28,644 bases of DNA from an uncultured Clostridium sp. (GCA_946008205.1 CAMGAZ010000001.1:1-28644), one strand, 5' to 3'; positions 8,213 to 17,090 are shown, counted from the stretch's first letter. A program made the numbers and translations. The notes: generated from the letters alone by a model not told the origin.

Positions 8213-8301
8213 TATTTTAAATTGATTATTTTATTTTTTAAATTGAGTTTTTTATTTTTTAAATTGATAATTGTATATATGTACTGGATTCAATTTCACT
8301 A

Positions 8302-8330
8302 TTGCATTTTATAATTTTATATGTTAAAAT
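8302..8330 (+). promoter_or_regulatory. sigmaA promoter
   Basis: TTGCAT-17 nt-TAAAAT with an extended TG. Confidence 0.6.
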
Positions 8331-8355
8331 AAAATAAAAAAGGATGGTTTTAAAA

Positions 8356-8832
8356 ATGAAAAAATTAAATATCTACTTCGATATGGATGGTACTATTGCC
8401 AATCTATATGAATATAAAGACTGGCTAAAGCATTTGAGAAGTGAGTCAGTCGCACCATATGAATTTTGCAAACCTATGGTAGATATGGAGCAATTAAAAG
8501 AACTGTTACAGAATCCAATAATTAATAGTGTAAATATTATTAGTTGGACTGCAAAGCATGGAACAACAGAATACAACCGAAAGACAAGATACGCCAAAAT
8601 CAGATGGTTAGCCAAAAATGGTTTAGATTACCATTTGATAGATAAATATATAATCGTTCCTTATGGAACAGATAAAGCCGATGCAATAGGCAAACTAACA
8701 GAAAATGACATACTGTTTGATGATGAAAAACAGAACAGGTCTAATTGGATTGTAAAGGGCGGTCATGCTGAGGATGAAAAAAATCTAATAGAAAAATTGA
8801 AAAAATATATTGACAAATATACAAACCTGTAG
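8356..8832 (+). CDS. HAD-superfamily 5'(3')-deoxyribonucleotidase-like phosphatase
   Basis: HAD motif I IYFDMDGTIANL, motif II ISWT, motif IV ILFDD. Start 8356 has the same leader (AAGGATGGTTTTAAAA) as the gene at 7499. Confidence 0.85.
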   Translation: MKKLNIYFDMDGTIANLYEYKDWLKHLRSESVAPYEFCKPMVDMEQLKELLQNPIINSVNIISWTAKHGTTEYNRKTRYAKIRWLAKNGLDYHLIDKYIIVPYGTDKADAIGKLTENDILFDDEKQNRSNWIVKGGHAEDEKNLIEKLKKYIDKYTNL

Positions 8833-8838
8833 TACAAT
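8810..8838 (+). promoter_or_regulatory. sigmaA promoter inside the 3' end of the HAD gene
   Basis: TTGACA-17 nt-TACAAT. Confidence 0.8.
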
Positions 8839-8891
8839 AAAGATAGTTAAGGGCGGCAAGCAAAGCCGCCCAAAGAAAGGAGTAAAAAAAA

Positions 8892-9221
8892 ATGAATGTT
8901 TTAGAAAAAACAAAAGAATTATTATTAGAATGTGTTGATGAAACAGAAATATTTATTCAAGGTGATGACCGTTTCGCAAAAGGTCAGATTACTTTAAATA
9001 ACGGGAGCCTTGATATTAATTTTAGTTATAATGATGTGACGCATAAAGCAAGTATTAGAATCATATATAATACAACCAATTTTGATTTTGATGCGTGGAT
9101 ATGGGATACAACAAGTTTTACAGACTATTCTGCATTTTGCTATGGACTTATCGGAGTTCTTGCAGATTACAATAATTACAATGAAAAAGGTTTTATTATT
9201 AAAATATTACTTGATTTATAG
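8892..9221 (+). CDS. Hypothetical acidic protein
   Basis: 109 aa, AAAGGAG RBS. Confidence 0.8.
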   Translation: MNVLEKTKELLLECVDETEIFIQGDDRFAKGQITLNNGSLDINFSYNDVTHKASIRIIYNTTNFDFDAWIWDTTSFTDYSAFCYGLIGVLADYNNYNEKGFIIKILLDL

Positions 9222-9233
9222 AGGTGAAAAAAA

Positions 9234-9470
9234 ATGAATATGGAAATTTTAAACATTACGGCTATACAGATGGGCGCCCTTGTAAATGAGGGCGCCGATA
9301 GAATAACTGTTATGGGAATCAATAATCCCGTAGTTATGACCGCAATATACAAAGACAATAAACTGACTGTAACATATTATAGCCACGTAGTAAAAGAACA
9401 CATATTATATACAGGTATAACAACAGAGCCTGAAAAAGTGATATGTGGCTTGATGGGATTATTATTATAA
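9234..9470 (+). CDS. Hypothetical protein
   Basis: 78 aa, GAGGTG RBS. Confidence 0.78.
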   Translation: MNMEILNITAIQMGALVNEGADRITVMGINNPVVMTAIYKDNKLTVTYYSHVVKEHILYTGITTEPEKVICGLMGLLL

Positions 9471-9480
9471 GAGGTAAAAA

Positions 9481-9678
9481 ATGAAAAGTAAAATAAATAT
9501 CTTGATATTAAAAATAGTTATAAAGTTTTATAATATATTAATTAAAAAGGCAACTAAAAAAGGTAAAATGGATTTAGTTGAAGAATGCAAGGAAGAACAA
9601 AACAAACTTAAGGAATTAATCAGACATGAAAAAATAAGAAATGAATTAATGAAGTTTGCTAAAAAAATTGATTTATAA
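9481..9678 (+). CDS. Hypothetical basic protein
   Basis: 65 aa, GAGGT RBS. Confidence 0.7.
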   Translation: MKSKINILILKIVIKFYNILIKKATKKGKMDLVEECKEEQNKLKELIRHEKIRNELMKFAKKIDL

Positions 9679-9699
9679 AATTAAAGATTCACATTTTAA

Positions 9700-10535
9700 T
9701 TAGTTCCATACAAGAGCAAAGATTAAAATGTGAATCTTTTTTTAAACATATATACAAACAAGAGCAAAGAAAACATGGATACAATCGCGCGACGCAGCAA
9801 AATTTAACTGTTCGCGCGGTCAATAATTTCAAATGAAACTATTAGTATCTTCTTCTATTGCGCGTGAAATAATTGATAATGCTAATAGTTTCATTTGAAA
9901 TTATTACACTTTACCACTTTAGCACTTTAAAGCGCGAGCCGCGAACCTCGCTGTGTCGGTTGTGCCCTTTGACCGACACAGCGAGGCATTTACTGAACAA
10001 GTGAATTATCAATTTTTTAATTAACAAGTGCATAGTGAACTTGTTAATAGTTGCCGCCCGAAACTATTGACCTCTTCAAACACTTTAGCATAGTAAAGCA
10101 CTAACGCTTTAGTGCGCTAAAGTGAAAACTATAAACTCCCTCTTCAGCGCTTCATTGCGTTAAAGTGTTAATGTACTAAAGCGAAATTTAAAATATGTAT
10201 ACAACCATGCGGATTGTATACGATTTAAGAATTGTATACATATTTTAAATTTCGCTTTAGTACATTAACGTGGAAGAGCGCAATAATTGGCAGGGTCAAC
10301 GGTACGTCCGGTCGTGTATACAATATGCAACATACAAAATACAATGCTCCCGATGGAGCAAAAAACGAACTGATATGCAGAACAGTTGTTTGTCATGCTC
10401 CATCGGGAGCATTTCATAAGTGAATTATTGACTGGATCAATGATCGGAGCACGAAAACCTTGACCATATAAATAGTTGTCGCAGCAGATTATTTACAAGT
10501 GAAGATGCTCCCGTACTTTCATGTATACAATATAC
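9700..10535. repeat. Non-coding module M2
   Basis: 17- and 20-bp IRs; GC hairpin 9946-9986; CCCGAAACTATTGAC 10057; CTTTA-N6-TAAAG at 10083 and 10107; TGTATAC sites 10196-10240; TGCTCC-N4-GGAGCA at 10345 and 10396 flanking an SOS-like box at 10380. Confidence 0.85.
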
Positions 10536-10548
10536 ACGCTAATTTTAA

Positions 10549-10675
10549 TTGACATTGTGCCGACATTAGTTTATACTATAATTGTTCTTGAGGATAGGAA
10601 CACAACGAGAGTTGAAAACAAAGTTCTTAAGAATGAAAAAAAGTGCTTGACAATCTTACTTAAATGCTTTAAAAT
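10549..10675 (+). promoter_or_regulatory. Tandem sigmaA promoters
   Basis: TTGACA 10549-17 nt-TATACT; TTGACA 10647-17 nt-TAAAAT. Confidence 0.8.
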
Positions 10676-10761
10676 GGTAAGTGTCAAGGGAACTTGATAG
10701 AATTTAAAAATGTTTTAAAAGTCATGTAACAAGACTATAAAACCGAAAGGAATGGCAAATT

Positions 10762-11130
10762 ATGGCTAACAACAAAATTACACAGGTAAAGGCACTTGAA
10801 ACAGTTATCAACGCTATCAAGGATACGGATATCGTGTCCGCTGAAGTAATCAACAAAATTGTTGATATTAAAACGGCGTTAGAAAAGAAAGCAAACGCCA
10901 CAAGTAAGCGTGCAAGCAACGCTAATGCTGAATTGCTTGAAAAAGTACTCCCACTGTTTACGGATGTACCGAACACACTCACTGAATTACTCACGGCTAA
11001 TCGTGAACAGTTCGACGAACTTGGTATTTTAACAAGTCAGAAGTTGAACGCTGTTATCCGCCCAGCGGTTGAAGATGGTCGACTGTTCCGTGAAAAGAAC
11101 GGAAAGACTACAACATTCAGACTTGTATAG
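10762..11130 (+). CDS. Small protein with probable C-terminal winged HTH; paralog of 13732..14094
   Basis: Shares ...LTSQKLNxVIxPAVEDGRLFREKNGKTTTFRLV with 13732..14094. Confidence 0.85.
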   Translation: MANNKITQVKALETVINAIKDTDIVSAEVINKIVDIKTALEKKANATSKRASNANAELLEKVLPLFTDVPNTLTELLTANREQFDELGILTSQKLNAVIRPAVEDGRLFREKNGKTTTFRLV

Positions 11131-11200
11131 TAAATTTATTCATTATCACTTTAAAGGTTGGGAGCTTTACAGCTCCCACCTATTAAAGGGAGATTGCACA

Positions 11201-11587
11201 TTGAAAAATAAATATAATGAAAAACAGATTGTCAATTTAATGCAATCGCTTGATATTTCACGCAATGACGCAATAGAAATACTTCAAGCGGATGCGGAGA
11301 TTGACAAGGGTGCAAAGTTATTTGAACTCACACCGGAGCAAAAAGCCGTTGAAAAGAAAATGCGAAAAACTGTAAAAATTGTAGCACCAAACGGAAAAAA
11401 GGCTCAGCGGGAATTAAAAATTGACGACAACAGAGAAAAATTGCTGACGTCAATAATTGAATTGTTCAATGAAAAATTCTCAATTGAGAATATTGAACGA
11501 CCGCCCCGCACAACAAATAAAATTCGGTTTCAATTTTTCGGTGACACTTTTAGTGTCACTATTGCAAAAGAGAGGAAGAAAAAGTAA
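11201..11587 (+). CDS. Hypothetical protein; paralog of 14172..14534
   Basis: TTG start behind a GGGAG RBS. Shares GAKLFELTPEQKAVEKKMRKTVKIVAPNGKKA with 14172..14534. Confidence 0.82.
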   Translation: MKNKYNEKQIVNLMQSLDISRNDAIEILQADAEIDKGAKLFELTPEQKAVEKKMRKTVKIVAPNGKKAQRELKIDDNREKLLTSIIELFNEKFSIENIERPPRTTNKIRFQFFGDTFSVTIAKERKKK

Positions 11588-11591
11588 ATAA

Positions 11592-12299
11592 ATGTTTTAT
11601 AATTCAATTTTAAAAAAAGATAATCGTTGTACATATTATATGGTACTGGATACAGAAACGGCGGTTTATGACCCTACTATTAAAGAGATAAAAGGCACTA
11701 ATATGTTAGTTTATGATTTAGGATATGCTATTGTAGACCGTTATGGGCGCATCTATGAAACAGGCTCTTTTATTGTGAAAGATATATTTTATGATGAAAT
11801 AGAACGCATGAAATCTTGTTATTTTGCCGACAAGCGTTCAACTTATATTCAAGATATTGAAAAAGGTTTACATACTGTTGTAAACTGGAAAAACCTTGTT
11901 TTTTTACTTGAAGAGCGATTGAGTTACTGGAACGTACGTGCGATATGTGCGTATAATGCAATATTTGACTATGGGGCAATATGTCGCACGAATAATTTTG
12001 TAAATGGTAAATACTGGAAACCGCCTTTATTGAAAAAATATCCAGTATGGGATATTATGAAAATGACAGAAGATGTGCTATATAAGCGACCGACATATAG
12101 AAAATTCTGTTTTGACAATGGTAACTTGACAGCACACACACCGCCACGACCACAGAAAAAAGCGGAAACAGTAAAACAGTATATTGAAAATAATCCACAG
12201 TTTAAAGAAGTGCATACAGGACTTGAAGATGTTTATATCGAAAGTGAAATATTAGCAAAATGTTTTGCTACTCACAAGAAAATGAGACGTGAATTATAA
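11592..12299 (+). CDS. DEDDh 3'-5' exonuclease
   Basis: ExoI VLDTET, ExoII AYNAIFD, ExoIII HTGLED. Confidence 0.9.
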   Translation: MFYNSILKKDNRCTYYMVLDTETAVYDPTIKEIKGTNMLVYDLGYAIVDRYGRIYETGSFIVKDIFYDEIERMKSCYFADKRSTYIQDIEKGLHTVVNWKNLVFLLEERLSYWNVRAICAYNAIFDYGAICRTNNFVNGKYWKPPLLKKYPVWDIMKMTEDVLYKRPTYRKFCFDNGNLTAHTPPRPQKKAETVKQYIENNPQFKEVHTGLEDVYIESEILAKCFATHKKMRREL

Positions 12300-12360
12300 T
12301 AATTTAAAGGTCAAGCAATTATTATTAATTGCTTGACTGATAAAACAAAGGAGTAGGCAC

Positions 12361-12702
12361 ATGAACGAAAAAATCATAAATACATTAATTAAAATATGTG
12401 AAAATAACGGAGAATATACAACTTTGTATATACCGAAACACGATAGAATCTCACTTGTATATACTTCTAATTTAAATGATGAGATTCTGTACATTGAAAC
12501 AATTAACAATACAGAATATAAATTTGAAAGTGATTACGACGAACTTATAGACACAAACATAGAATATATTATCTTAAGTATATATGATACTTTAATAAAA
12601 ATAAAACTAGAATCTTTAACTGGAGATTTATATATTGATAATGTAAATGATTTCAACGATATAATTACAATTGTAAATAATATAAGAGAAAAATATTGCT
12701 AA
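12361..12702 (+). CDS. Acidic Ile/Asn/Asp-rich hypothetical protein
   Basis: 113 aa, AAGGAG RBS. Confidence 0.75.
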   Translation: MNEKIINTLIKICENNGEYTTLYIPKHDRISLVYTSNLNDEILYIETINNTEYKFESDYDELIDTNIEYIILSIYDTLIKIKLESLTGDLYIDNVNDFNDIITIVNNIREKYC

Positions 12703-12718
12703 TGAAAGGAATAATATA

Positions 12719-13042
12719 ATGAATATGATAAATATTATTAATGAAATAAATAAACATTTAAACATCTATGAAATAGCACAGACAGTTGAAAATGTAATAG
12801 GTAACAATGATTATAAATTTGAAATAATTGATAATGATTTAATTGTTAGTGATATCAATGACAATACAACAATTACAATATTATCTAATAACTTTTTAAA
12901 AACTCACGATTTGGAAGAAGTAATTTATAACATAAAAGTTGCAATATTAATTTATGAAATAAATATTCACTTTGACAATTATTGTCTTGATAATGAACAG
13001 ATTGATGCGATGCTAAGTATTGTTACAGGTTTGATTTATTAA
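12719..13042 (+). CDS. Acidic Ile/Asn/Asp-rich hypothetical protein
   Basis: 107 aa, AAAGGA RBS; weak similarity to the preceding gene (YKFE motif). Confidence 0.75.
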   Translation: MNMINIINEINKHLNIYEIAQTVENVIGNNDYKFEIIDNDLIVSDINDNTTITILSNNFLKTHDLEEVIYNIKVAILIYEINIHFDNYCLDNEQIDAMLSIVTGLIY

Positions 13043-13050
13043 TAAGTGAA

Positions 13051-13510
13051 ATGCTCCCACTACTTTATCACTCTATTGCGGTAAAGCGTTGGGAGCATCA
13101 CTTTAGTCCTTTAATACTTTATCCTACTAAAGCGGGAGCACGAACGAACAAATGTTCGGGAGCACCACGAACACGAACAGGCGTTTGCGAACACATGTTC
13201 TTGGGAGCACTGACCCTCGCTGTGACGCCCAAAGGGCACGGTCGTCACAGCGAGGGATTTAACTGAAACTTCACTTGTGAATTATTTGCTTGGATAAGCA
13301 AACTATTAGCATGACAACTATTTCGCCCGAAACTATTGACATATGCAATAATTCACTTGTGAAGCGAAATTGTATACGTGTTTTAATGCAAAAGGATTGT
13401 ATACAATCTGAAAATTGTATACAAGTTCTTTAATCTCATAAAAAAATACAATTTTAACGCGTTAAAGCGCCGAAGATTGTTAAAAATTTAACAAAAAGTA
13501 TACAAAATAC
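13051..13510. repeat. Non-coding module M3
   Basis: GGGAGCA x5; CTTTA 8-bp tandem 13101-13132; SOS boxes at 13146, 13175, 13189; GC hairpin 13214-13256; CCCGAAACTATTGAC 13326; TTGTATACAA at 13397 and 13415. Confidence 0.85.
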
Positions 13511-13633
13511 ATAAAAAATACACAAAATTTCTCAAAAATGCTTGCAAAAAAGCAAAAAATTTGTTATTATTATAGTACAAACAAGAGGGAAAGAAAAAAG
13601 TAATCCTCTTCAAAAAAAGTTTAAAAAAAAGTA

Positions 13634-13662
13634 TTGACAAACCCTTAAACCTATGTTAATAT
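13634..13662 (+). promoter_or_regulatory. sigmaA promoter
   Basis: TTGACA-17 nt-TAATAT with an extended TG. Confidence 0.75.
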
Positions 13663-13731
13663 ATAAGTACAAAAGGGGAACAAAACAAAGTCAGCTGAAA
13701 AAGACGTTAAAACAGAGAAAAGGACAAATTA

Positions 13732-14094
13732 ATGGAAAAGATGACACAGAAGAAAGCAATGGAAATTACTATCGCAGCATTAGAAAACAAGGAAATAGTT
13801 TCAGATGAAGTTATTGGCAAACTCAAGGATATTCTTACTGCGCTTGACAAGAAGAGCAAGAGTGTAAGTAAGAAGAAAACAGAAGAAAACGCGGAATTAC
13901 TTGAAAAGGTGCTTTCTCTGTTTAGTGACGCGCCAAACACACTGACTGAAACACTTGTCGCGCATCGTGCTGAATTTGACGAACTGGAAATACTTACCAG
14001 CCAGAAGTTAAATTCTGTAATTAAGCCAGCCGTAGAAGATGGCAGACTGTTCCGTGAAAAGAACGGAAAGACAACAACATTCAGACTTGTGTAA
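13732..14094 (+). CDS. Paralog of 10762..11130
   Basis: 120 aa, near-identical C-terminus; AAAGGA RBS. Confidence 0.85.
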   Translation: MEKMTQKKAMEITIAALENKEIVSDEVIGKLKDILTALDKKSKSVSKKKTEENAELLEKVLSLFSDAPNTLTETLVAHRAEFDELEILTSQKLNSVIKPAVEDGRLFREKNGKTTTFRLV

Positions 14095-14171
14095 CTAATA
14101 ATTAATAATTAAAATGTCAAACAACGGGGTGAGTGTAAAAACTCACCCTTTAAAAAACAAGGGGTGAATTA

Positions 14172-14534
14172 ATGAACAAAGAAATTGAAAAATTAATGAA
14201 AACTCTTGATATTTCAGAAGAAGAGGCACGGGAAATTATTGAAACTGACAAAGAAATTGACCGCGGCGCGAAGTTGTTTGAACTTACGCCAGAGCAAAAA
14301 GCTGTTGAAAAGAAGATGCGAAAAACGGTTAAAATAGTCGCGCCGAATGGTAAAAAGGCAGAGCGTCCACTTAAAATAGACCCTACGCGCGAAAGTCTGA
14401 TGCAAGCTATCACAGACGCGCTGAAAGAACGTACAGATGCAATCACGCGCCCTGAAAAGACTACAAACACAATGTTATTGGATATTGGCGTAGATACCTT
14501 CAAAATAGTTGTTTCAAAAATACGTAAAAAATAA
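14172..14534 (+). CDS. Paralog of 11201..11587
   Basis: 120 aa, shared central block; GGGGTG RBS. Confidence 0.85.
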   Translation: MNKEIEKLMKTLDISEEEAREIIETDKEIDRGAKLFELTPEQKAVEKKMRKTVKIVAPNGKKAERPLKIDPTRESLMQAITDALKERTDAITRPEKTTNTMLLDIGVDTFKIVVSKIRKK

Positions 14535-14558
14535 GTGGTAGAAATACCACTTTTTTTG
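14535..14558 (+). terminator. Intrinsic terminator
   Basis: GTGGTA-gaaa-TACCAC plus a T-run. Confidence 0.75.
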
Positions 14559-14587
14559 TTGACATTGTGCGCGACCTGTAGTATAAT
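14559..14587 (+). promoter_or_regulatory. sigmaA promoter
   Basis: Perfect TTGACA-17 nt-TATAAT. Confidence 0.85.
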
Positions 14588-14614
14588 AAAGACAGTTAAG
14601 GGAGGTAAACAAAA

Positions 14615-15022
14615 ATGAACAAACTAACACAAACAGAAATTTATACAGAGGATGCAAAAGGAAGAAGATATGTGGGCGCAAGTAAGCATTTTAGATATAA
14701 TGATTTACTGGAGCGCGCGACCTACAAGCCGACTTCCTATGAAGAATTTATTCAGAATTTAGAATCAATTATTGATTCGTATTATATAACGTCACTTGTT
14801 GATGTAGAATATCAGCCGAATATCAAAATCATTGTGGAAAACGTTCCTTTAAATACGGAATTAATCACATGGGGATACTCAGAAATTATGGAAAGACTTT
14901 TAGAAGAAGAAAAAAATGCTTTCAATCTTTCAAAGGGTTTAATCTCAGTAGACCGGAACAAATACAAAAAAGCAAAAGAAGAAGAAAAAAGGAAATTTAT
15001 AGAAAAATATGAAAGTAGGTAA
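14615..15022 (+). CDS. Hypothetical protein
   Basis: 135 aa, GGGAGGT RBS. Confidence 0.82.
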   Translation: MNKLTQTEIYTEDAKGRRYVGASKHFRYNDLLERATYKPTSYEEFIQNLESIIDSYYITSLVDVEYQPNIKIIVENVPLNTELITWGYSEIMERLLEEEKNAFNLSKGLISVDRNKYKKAKEEEKRKFIEKYESR

Positions 15023-15025
15023 AAA

Positions 15026-15499
15026 ATGAAATTATTAATTATATTCACAATCTTAACAATTATAAACGTTATCGCATCAACAATAAAATCACTTCTCACC
15101 GTAAATGGTGGGAAGTGGTTGGCATCAATAAGTTCTGCGGTCTATTACGGCTATTATAACATTGTTTTGATATACACCGTAGCAGACTTCCCGATGTGGC
15201 AAAAAGTCGCTGTAACAGCCGCTTGTAACGTTATAGGTGTATTCCTTGTTAAATGGTGTGAAGAACGCGCGGAAAAAACAAAACTCTGGAAAGTTGAGGC
15301 TACGTGTAAGTGGAATGAGGCGGGCGCGCTTATAGAAGAATGTGAAAATAAAGATTTATCATTTAATTATATTGATGTAAATAAATATATTATTTTCAAC
15401 TTCTATTGCGCTACGAAAGAGGAAAGCGCACAAGTGAAAGAAGTATTGAAGAAATATGGAACTGTAAAATATTTTGTTTCTGAATCAAAAAACTTATAA
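15026..15499 (+). CDS. Membrane protein with about 3 TM helices plus a small soluble domain (DUF5698-like)
   Basis: Hydrophobic N-terminal 75 aa, LTIINVIASTIKSLLTV, polar C-terminal domain. Confidence 0.75.
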   Translation: MKLLIIFTILTIINVIASTIKSLLTVNGGKWLASISSAVYYGYYNIVLIYTVADFPMWQKVAVTAACNVIGVFLVKWCEERAEKTKLWKVEATCKWNEAGALIEECENKDLSFNYIDVNKYIIFNFYCATKEESAQVKEVLKKYGTVKYFVSESKNL

Positions 15500-15506
15500 A
15501 AATATC

Positions 15507-15535
15507 TTGACATTGTTCCCCTATTGTATTAATAT
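15507..15535 (+). promoter_or_regulatory. sigmaA promoter
   Basis: TTGACA-17 nt-TAATAT. Confidence 0.75.
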
Positions 15536-15581
15536 ATAATTACAAAAGGGGAACAATGAAGAAAAGAAAGGAAAGTAAAAA

Positions 15582-15908
15582 ATGTTAGGATTTATTGCGG
15601 CAGGTTTAATACTTACGGTTTCGGTCGGCGCGTTCTTTGCGCTAATATTGACAATGAAGTTAGAAGGAAAAACAAGAATTATAATTGCTGTTATTCTTGC
15701 TTTTGTAATAGGTTTTGGACTTTTAAAGATATTAATGCTTAACGCAGAAAAAGAAAACGAAGAATGGAACAATGGTATTTGTATCAAATGTGGTGGAAAA
15801 TATGAATTTCAAAGTAGTTCATATAGAAGGCATTCAAATGATGAATATTATTATACTTGTAAAAACTGTGGCTACACAATAGAATTAAGCAGTTTAAGAA
15901 ATAGTTAA
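15582..15908 (+). CDS. Membrane protein with C-terminal zinc ribbon
   Basis: Two TM segments, then CIKC...CKNC. Confidence 0.8.
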   Translation: MLGFIAAGLILTVSVGAFFALILTMKLEGKTRIIIAVILAFVIGFGLLKILMLNAEKENEEWNNGICIKCGGKYEFQSSSYRRHSNDEYYYTCKNCGYTIELSSLRNS

Positions 15909-15917
15909 AAAAATATC

Positions 15918-15946
15918 TTGACACAAGAGAAAAGAAGTAATATAAT
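15918..15946 (+). promoter_or_regulatory. sigmaA promoter
   Basis: Perfect TTGACA-17 nt-TATAAT. Confidence 0.85.
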
Positions 15947-16005
15947 AACATTGTAAGGGCGCGACAGCAAAACGCGCCCCAGTAAATAAAAGGAAGGAAG
16001 AAAAA

Positions 16006-16434
16006 ATGAAAAACACATTTGAATACGCAAAGATAAAAGAAGAAAAAATGAAAAAAAAGAAATGTTTTAGATTTAAACATGGAAGATGGGAATGTAATTA
16101 TTTTTTAGTTCCTTTGATTCCTATAGTTGCAACTTATGAAAAGATTAATAAATTTTATAATAACAGACTTACTTGGAGTGAGAAAAAAGCCACTAAAGTA
16201 TTAAATAGTATCTTACCTAAAATCCTTTGGTACGATTCTAAAAACGATGTATACAGTTATGACACAGGCTGTAGAACATGGATTTTTGTAGATAATGCAC
16301 CTTTAATATATCGGTCATGGACAAAGAAATATCGCGAATATTTAGAACACTATCTGATAGATAATTACGAAAATCCATTATATAACAAGTCTATTGAAGA
16401 TGATTATATAATTTTTAGTGAAAAGACAAAATAA
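16006..16434 (+). CDS. Hypothetical protein
   Basis: 142 aa, AAGGAAGG RBS. Confidence 0.78.
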   Translation: MKNTFEYAKIKEEKMKKKKCFRFKHGRWECNYFLVPLIPIVATYEKINKFYNNRLTWSEKKATKVLNSILPKILWYDSKNDVYSYDTGCRTWIFVDNAPLIYRSWTKKYREYLEHYLIDNYENPLYNKSIEDDYIIFSEKTK

Positions 16435-16510
16435 TATCTTGATGCAAAAGAAAGAAGGTATATGGGCGCGACAGCAAAACGCGCCCAGTAAATAAAAGGA
16501 AGGTAAAAAG

Positions 16511-17080
16511 ATGGCACATAATTGGAAGTGGTACGTTAAAAATAATGATTTTGAAGGCTGTTTAGAAAGATTCAATGCAGCAAATAAAGGTTGGAAGAAA
16601 CATTGGTTTAGTGTTTTAGAAGATATATATAATAATTGTAAAGAATGGTCAAAAAAATATATTCTTGACCCTGTAGAGATGGTAGTTATAACCATTTCAG
16701 ATTGTATTAAAAAGACAACTAAAAAAGTGCAGAATCTTGTAAATGGTGCGAATAGCCATACATATTTAATAAATATGTATGATGAAGAGGATAATTTGGT
16801 TTTTACAAAAATTGGTAAAGCTGACAATATTAATAAAAGATTCAACGCTCTTGAGCGTCAGTATTACGCTACACAAGACATACAAATTGCGCGTATTGAG
16901 CCAGTCCATGTATTTAACGTCAAGAATGACGACCTTGCGCAAGTGCTTGAAAGTTTCATCAGAAATCTATTCCGCAAAACGCGCGACTTTATTCCAAACG
17001 ATAGATTTAAACCCTTTACACCATCAGAAGAGGAATGGAAAGAAATGGAAAGATATTATAAATTAGTTTGCGCAGAATGA
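16511..17080 (+). CDS. T5orf172/GIY-YIG-superfamily domain protein
   Basis: TYLINM...FTKIGKADNINKRF...LES resembles the Y-x-I...KIG...R...E pattern. Confidence 0.7.
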   Translation: MAHNWKWYVKNNDFEGCLERFNAANKGWKKHWFSVLEDIYNNCKEWSKKYILDPVEMVVITISDCIKKTTKKVQNLVNGANSHTYLINMYDEEDNLVFTKIGKADNINKRFNALERQYYATQDIQIARIEPVHVFNVKNDDLAQVLESFIRNLFRKTRDFIPNDRFKPFTPSEEEWKEMERYYKLVCAE

Positions 17081-17090
17081 TAAAAAAGGT

